This document shows positions 60,152-64,000 of a stretch of DNA of 64,000 nt, piece after piece. A program made the position numbers and the translations under genes. How positions within the stretch are numbered: the first letter of the stretch is position 1; the number at the start of each line of letters is the position of its first letter. Source of the DNA: an uncultured Acidobacteriota bacterium (lineage in GTDB: Bacteria; Actinomycetota; Acidimicrobiia; Spongiisociales; ZC4RG35). The stretch is taken from positions 351,278 through 415,277 of the forward strand of contig CAWACX010000001.1 in the NCBI GenBank assembly GCA_963780755.1, given 5' to 3'. The notes under the pieces are model-generated. The model worked only from the letters and a program-made list of their open reading frames with translations. It had not been told where the DNA came from and made no database searches.

Positions 60152-61381
60152 TCAGTCTCCTAGAAAGATGCCGTGGGTGATTTCGATGTTGCCGATGTCG
60201 ACCTGGGCGTCGAGGTTGACCGTGCCTTCTGGCCCGGGGGAGTTGAAGTCGAGGCTCGGATCTCCGATCCCTGAGCTCTCCTGGCCGAGGGCCGAGACCC
60301 GGCCCACCGACACTTCAGCCGAACCGATGAGGCCCACGCCCGGGGGCAGGATGATCTCGACGTTGCCGGCGTCGACCTGTACGTCGAGCGCAATCTCACG
60401 GCCGTCCCACGGCAGGTCGGTGAGGTCCAGCTGCAGATTCCCGATGTCCAACTGGTACTCATCATTCAGTTCTTCGAATGTGTTCGGAGATGATGAGAGT
60501 TGGAACTCCTCTGAGTCCCACCGGTACTCGAACGCCTGCGACGAGACTGTGAGCGGGATCATGATCACGCCGACCACGATCAGCCAACGTGCTCGCCCGG
60601 CGAAGCCTCCGACCAGGAGCCCGATGCCGAGAATGGTGACGGCCAGCGCCAGGTAGTGCCGGGGCTCGGGTTCTAAAGCCAGTCCAGGCAGGTTGTCGAG
60701 GACCGCCAGGACCCCGATGCCGAGGAGCATGAACCCGATCGTGAGCCTGCCCAGCATCGAATGCTCGATTGGCTCATGGGAGCTCGGAGGCAGGACCGGC
60801 GGCGTGGGAGTCGGAGTCGGGGGAGGGCCGCCGCCGATCTCGCCCCCGGATGGGGGGGTCGCGGGTTGGGTCACCGGGTCAGTTCTAGTCGTCACCAGAG
60901 TGTCGCTTGTCATTTGTTGAACTCCCTCCTTGTCATCGGTGCCTTGCGTTCCTCCACCATTGAACAAGCGAGGGAGATCGCCCGTATAGAGGAGAAGGCC
61001 CACAATCAATAGGCCCACTGCCCACACCACTCCTCCGTCGAGAAACGTGAAGTTGTCGAGCAGGATCAATGCGGCGAGGAACACCAGGCCGATGCCGACC
61101 CAGGACCGGGTGCCGGTGGCATTTCCGAACACCCTCTGTGCGGCCGACTGGGCCTGGTCCTCGGAGCGGATCAGGAACCATCCTGCCGCGTAGAGAGCGA
61201 GTCCCACTCCGCCGGCGAAGGCGAGCAGGATGAACAGACCGCGGACCAGCCAGGGTGCCATCCCCGTTCGGTCCGACAGGCCCTGGGCGACGCCGCCGAA
61301 GACCCGACCCTCTTTGGGTCGGACCAATTCGTCGATCGACACCCGAGGCTCGGCGGCCTCTGTGGTTGTGTTGTCTTCCAT
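60152..61381 (-). CDS. PspC domain protein with C-terminal LiaF-like (toast-rack) domain
   Basis: LVRPKEGRVFGGVAQGL, LY.AGW.LI; IGNLQLDLT, GNVEIILP. Confidence 0.88.
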   Translation of the reverse strand: MEDNTTTEAAEPRVSIDELVRPKEGRVFGGVAQGLSDRTGMAPWLVRGLFILLAFAGGVGLALYAAGWFLIRSEDQAQSAAQRVFGNATGTRSWVGIGLVFLAALILLDNFTFLDGGVVWAVGLLIVGLLLYTGDLPRLFNGGGTQGTDDKEGVQQMTSDTLVTTRTDPVTQPATPPSGGEIGGGPPPTPTPTPPVLPPSSHEPIEHSMLGRLTIGFMLLGIGVLAVLDNLPGLALEPEPRHYLALAVTILGIGLLVGGFAGRARWLIVVGVIMIPLTVSSQAFEYRWDSEEFQLSSSPNTFEELNDEYQLDIGNLQLDLTDLPWDGREIALDVQVDAGNVEIILPPGVGLIGSAEVSVGRVSALGQESSGIGDPSLDFNSPGPEGTVNLDAQVDIGNIEITHGIFLGD

Positions 61382-61413
61382 GCCCCTATTGGCCCAGAAA
61401 CCGGTGATCACTG

Positions 61414-61467
61414 CAATCGGGTACTCCCCTGAGTCCCACCCTGATTCCTCAGGGTTGTCCCCGATTG
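61414..61467. promoter_or_regulatory. Inverted-repeat operator in divergent pspC/kinase spacer
   Basis: CAATCGGGTACTCCCCTGA / TCAGGGTTGTCCCCGATTG (16/19 complementary), extra CCCTGA half-site between. Confidence 0.65.
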
Positions 61468-61499
61468 AGGTTGGCCGGTCAGACCGCCATCATTTGCCT

Positions 61500-62666
61500 G
61501 TGCAGGAGCAACCTCGTTTCCAATTCAGCCGGAGACGGACCAGGCGCAGGCTCGCCGGGGTCGCCGGCGGGCTCGCCGACTCCATCGGTGTGCCTGACTC
61601 CTTCGTCCGCGCCGGATTCATCAGTCTGGGGACGGTGTGGGGGTTGGGCGCCTTGGTCTACCTCGGCCTATGGCTGTCGGCGATCGACCGTGTGCAGGAT
61701 GTTGAACCCCGGCGGATCGACACAGGGCAAGCCCTAGGCCTCGGTGTTGGTTTCGCCGGCCTGATGCTGCTCCTCGCGCAGTTCGGATGGTGGCCGTCCA
61801 ATGTCCTGGTGTTGACCGTCTCTGCGCTGGCCTTTGGGTTCGCGGCCCTCACCGGGAGGGACATGCCCGACTCGGTCGCCTCGTTCTTCGACCCCAATAG
61901 CGAGCAACCGGGGAGATGGAGGCTCCTGATCGGGATCGGCCTCGTGATCGGCGGCCTGGCAATCCTCTCGTCGAGCATCGGCCCCTTGCTCGAGGTGGGG
62001 CCGGTCCTGTTGGCGGTCGGCCTCACCCTGTTGGGGATCCTGGTCGCCTTTGGGCCATGGGTGAACAGGCTGGCCCGAGATCTCGGAGCCGAGCGCACCG
62101 AGCGGATCCGGCAGGAGGAGCGCGCCGAGATGGCAGCCCACCTCCACGACTCCGTGTTGCAGACCTTGGCCCTGATCCAGCGCAGTGACGACCCGGCGAG
62201 GATGTCGATGCTGGCCCGGCATCAGGAGGGCGAGTTGCGGGAGTGGCTCTTTGGCAACGCCCCGCTCGACGGGTCGGACCTGGTTTCGACCGCTCTCAAA
62301 GAGGCGGCGACCCGCATCGAGTCGGACCATCAAGTCCCTATCGACGTGGTCACCGTCGGCGACCAGGCCCTCGACGAGCCCTCCCGGGCTCTGGTGGGGG
62401 CGGCCAGCGAGGCCCTGGTCAATGCGGCCAAGCACTCGGGCTCGGATCGGCTCTCCCTCTACTTCGAGGCCGACGGCGAGGAGGTGTCGGTGTTCATCAC
62501 CGACCAGGGCAAGGGATTCGATGCCGACGCGGTCCCGGCTGACCGGAAGGGAATCGCCGATTCGATAAGGGGGCGCGTGGAGCGAGTCGGGGGCTCCGTC
62601 GAGATCAACAGCGAGCCGGGGGAGGGGACCGAGGTCGTGCTTCGGGTGCCGGTGTCCGGCAAATGA
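61500..62666 (+). CDS. PspC-domain sensor histidine kinase (HisKA_3 type)
   Basis: RLAGVAGGLA; ERAEMAAHLHDSVLQTLALIQ; EALVNAAKH; DQGKGFD; GEGTEV. Confidence 0.92.
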   Translation: MQEQPRFQFSRRRTRRRLAGVAGGLADSIGVPDSFVRAGFISLGTVWGLGALVYLGLWLSAIDRVQDVEPRRIDTGQALGLGVGFAGLMLLLAQFGWWPSNVLVLTVSALAFGFAALTGRDMPDSVASFFDPNSEQPGRWRLLIGIGLVIGGLAILSSSIGPLLEVGPVLLAVGLTLLGILVAFGPWVNRLARDLGAERTERIRQEERAEMAAHLHDSVLQTLALIQRSDDPARMSMLARHQEGELREWLFGNAPLDGSDLVSTALKEAATRIESDHQVPIDVVTVGDQALDEPSRALVGAASEALVNAAKHSGSDRLSLYFEADGEEVSVFITDQGKGFDADAVPADRKGIADSIRGRVERVGGSVEINSEPGEGTEVVLRVPVSGK

Positions 62667-63298
62667 GTACCCGGCTCTACCTCGTCGATGACCACCGGCT
62701 GTTCCTGGCCGGGGTCAAGGCCGAGTTGGAAGAGGAATTCGAGATCGTCGGATCGGCCAACGACGTGGACACTGCCATCGAGCAGATCCGCACCGCCAAG
62801 CCCGCCGTGGTGCTGATCGACGTCCACATGCCCGACGGTGGGGGTATCGCAGTCGTGGAGGGAGTGGCGGCCACCGATCCCGATGTGAAGTTCTTAGCGC
62901 TGTCGGTGTCGGACCAGGCGGAGGACGTGATCGCCATGATTCGGGCCGGGGCTCGGGGGTACGTGACCAAGACCATCGAGCCCGCCGAGCTGGCCGACGC
63001 GATCCGGCGTGTCGATTCGGGAGACGCAGTGTTCTCCCCGCGGCTCGCCGGGTTCGTTCTCGACGCCTTCGCGGGCGCCATGCCCTCGGACGAGGACCCG
63101 GAGCTGGACCAGCTCACCTCGCGGGAGAAAGACGTGCTCCGGCTGATCGCTCGGGGGTTCGCCTACAAGCAGGTGGCGCGCAAGCTCAACATCTCGATAA
63201 AGACGGTGGAGACCCATGTCTCCTCGGTGTTGCGCAAGCTGCAGCTCTCCAACCGCCACGAGCTGGCGAGGTGGGCGAGCAAGCGCCGGATCGTCTAG
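62663..63298 (+). CDS. NarL/LuxR family response regulator
   Basis: VDDH, LIDVHMPDG, GARGYVTK, LTSRE..VL, ISIKTVETH. Confidence 0.95.
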   Translation: MSTRLYLVDDHRLFLAGVKAELEEEFEIVGSANDVDTAIEQIRTAKPAVVLIDVHMPDGGGIAVVEGVAATDPDVKFLALSVSDQAEDVIAMIRAGARGYVTKTIEPAELADAIRRVDSGDAVFSPRLAGFVLDAFAGAMPSDEDPELDQLTSREKDVLRLIARGFAYKQVARKLNISIKTVETHVSSVLRKLQLSNRHELARWASKRRIV

Positions 63299-63307
63299 GC
63301 GCTCCGT

Positions 63308-63352
63308 AATTGGGGCGAAAACCATCCGCCACGAATGCTCTTCGCCTCAATT
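63308..63352. terminator. Imperfect hairpin between convergent genes (terminator or REP-like)
   Basis: AATTGGGGCGAA...TTCGCCTCAATT. Confidence 0.55.
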
Positions 63353-63362
63353 TGGTGAGGGT

Positions 63363-64000
63363 TCAGCCCTTGACGAGCTCTCCGCCTTTGAAGACGTGGG
63401 TCACGTTGTCCGGGTTGGCGAGGACGGCAACGTCGGCGCTCGGATCGCCGTTGACGCAGATCACGTCGGCGTCGTACCCCTCGATGAGCTGACCGCTCTG
63501 CGGTGCCTGCGGGCCCAGGGTGTCGGGCCCGTTGGCAGTGGCGCACTCGATCGCCTGCAACGGCGTCATCCCGGCCTCCACCATGAGTGGAAGCTCCTCC
63601 CCGTTGCGACCCCAGAGGCCGGTGGCCCAGATGTCGGTCCCGAGGGCGATCTTCACTCCTTTGTCAACCGCGATCGCCAGATTCTGGGCGTGGACCGCGG
63701 CCACCTTCTCTCCCTTGACCCGCGCGTAGTCCGGCAGGGTCTTCGATCCTTCTGCGAGCAGGTATTTCAGGATGAACCTGGTGGGGACCAGGATCGCCCC
63801 GCTCTCCACCATCGCGTCGGCAGCCTCCTCGTCGAGGATAGGTCCCATGCTCGATGGTCTTCACCCCTGCTTCGAGGGCCGCCATGATCCCGCGCTGGCC
63901 GTGACAGTGGGCTCCGACGAGGCGCTCCATCCGGGTCGCCTCATCGACGATCGCCTCCAACTCCGCCTTGGAGAACTGGGGGAGCTGCGGGTCGTCCAGC
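63363..64000 (-). CDS. Metal-dependent amidohydrolase (prolidase-like), 5' truncated; +1 frameshift near 63836
   Basis: AHCHG, GVKTIEHG, GVKIALGTD, GMTPLQAI..AT, G.DAD....GDP. Confidence 0.88.

Noticed and set aside
46255-64000. Island integrated at tRNA-Ile2
   Set aside because: No 3' tRNA duplication or integrase found within the window

Overview
High-GC actinobacterial chromosome segment, most consistent with Acidimicrobiia (inferred from gene content, e.g. a Cys-paired SLH protein, DUF4032, an F420 nitroreductase and a PspC-kinase-regulator locus). Core genes: dnaG (3' end)-rpoD-tRNA-Asn, a chorismate mutase/prephenate dehydratase/DAHP synthase fusion, ilvBN-leuBCD, ilvC/ilvD, an amino-sugar/alpha-glucoside cluster, aat, a form II cox-like molybdoenzyme operon, tRNA-Ile2, a DEAD-box helicase and signalling genes. 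Eight genes, including rpoD, ilvC and ilvD, carry single-base +1 frameshifts that are probably consensus errors. Most notable unannotated signals: (1) an apparently leaderless Phe/Tyr-rich leader peptide before the pheA fusion, with no intrinsic terminator; (2) a stand-alone, tetraloop-rich ~150-nt RNA with its own promoter and terminator at 50829-50980; (3) an alpha-oxoamine synthase + membrane sensor kinase + MFS operon resembling a CqsA/CqsS-type signalling module; (4) an integrase-less tRNA-Asn mini-islet with att duplication and arm-like repeats; (5) a membrane di-heme protein coupled to an RsbU-like phosphatase; (6) a classical ilvB attenuator and REP-like palindromes. All assignments are by eye from motifs; no searches were run.
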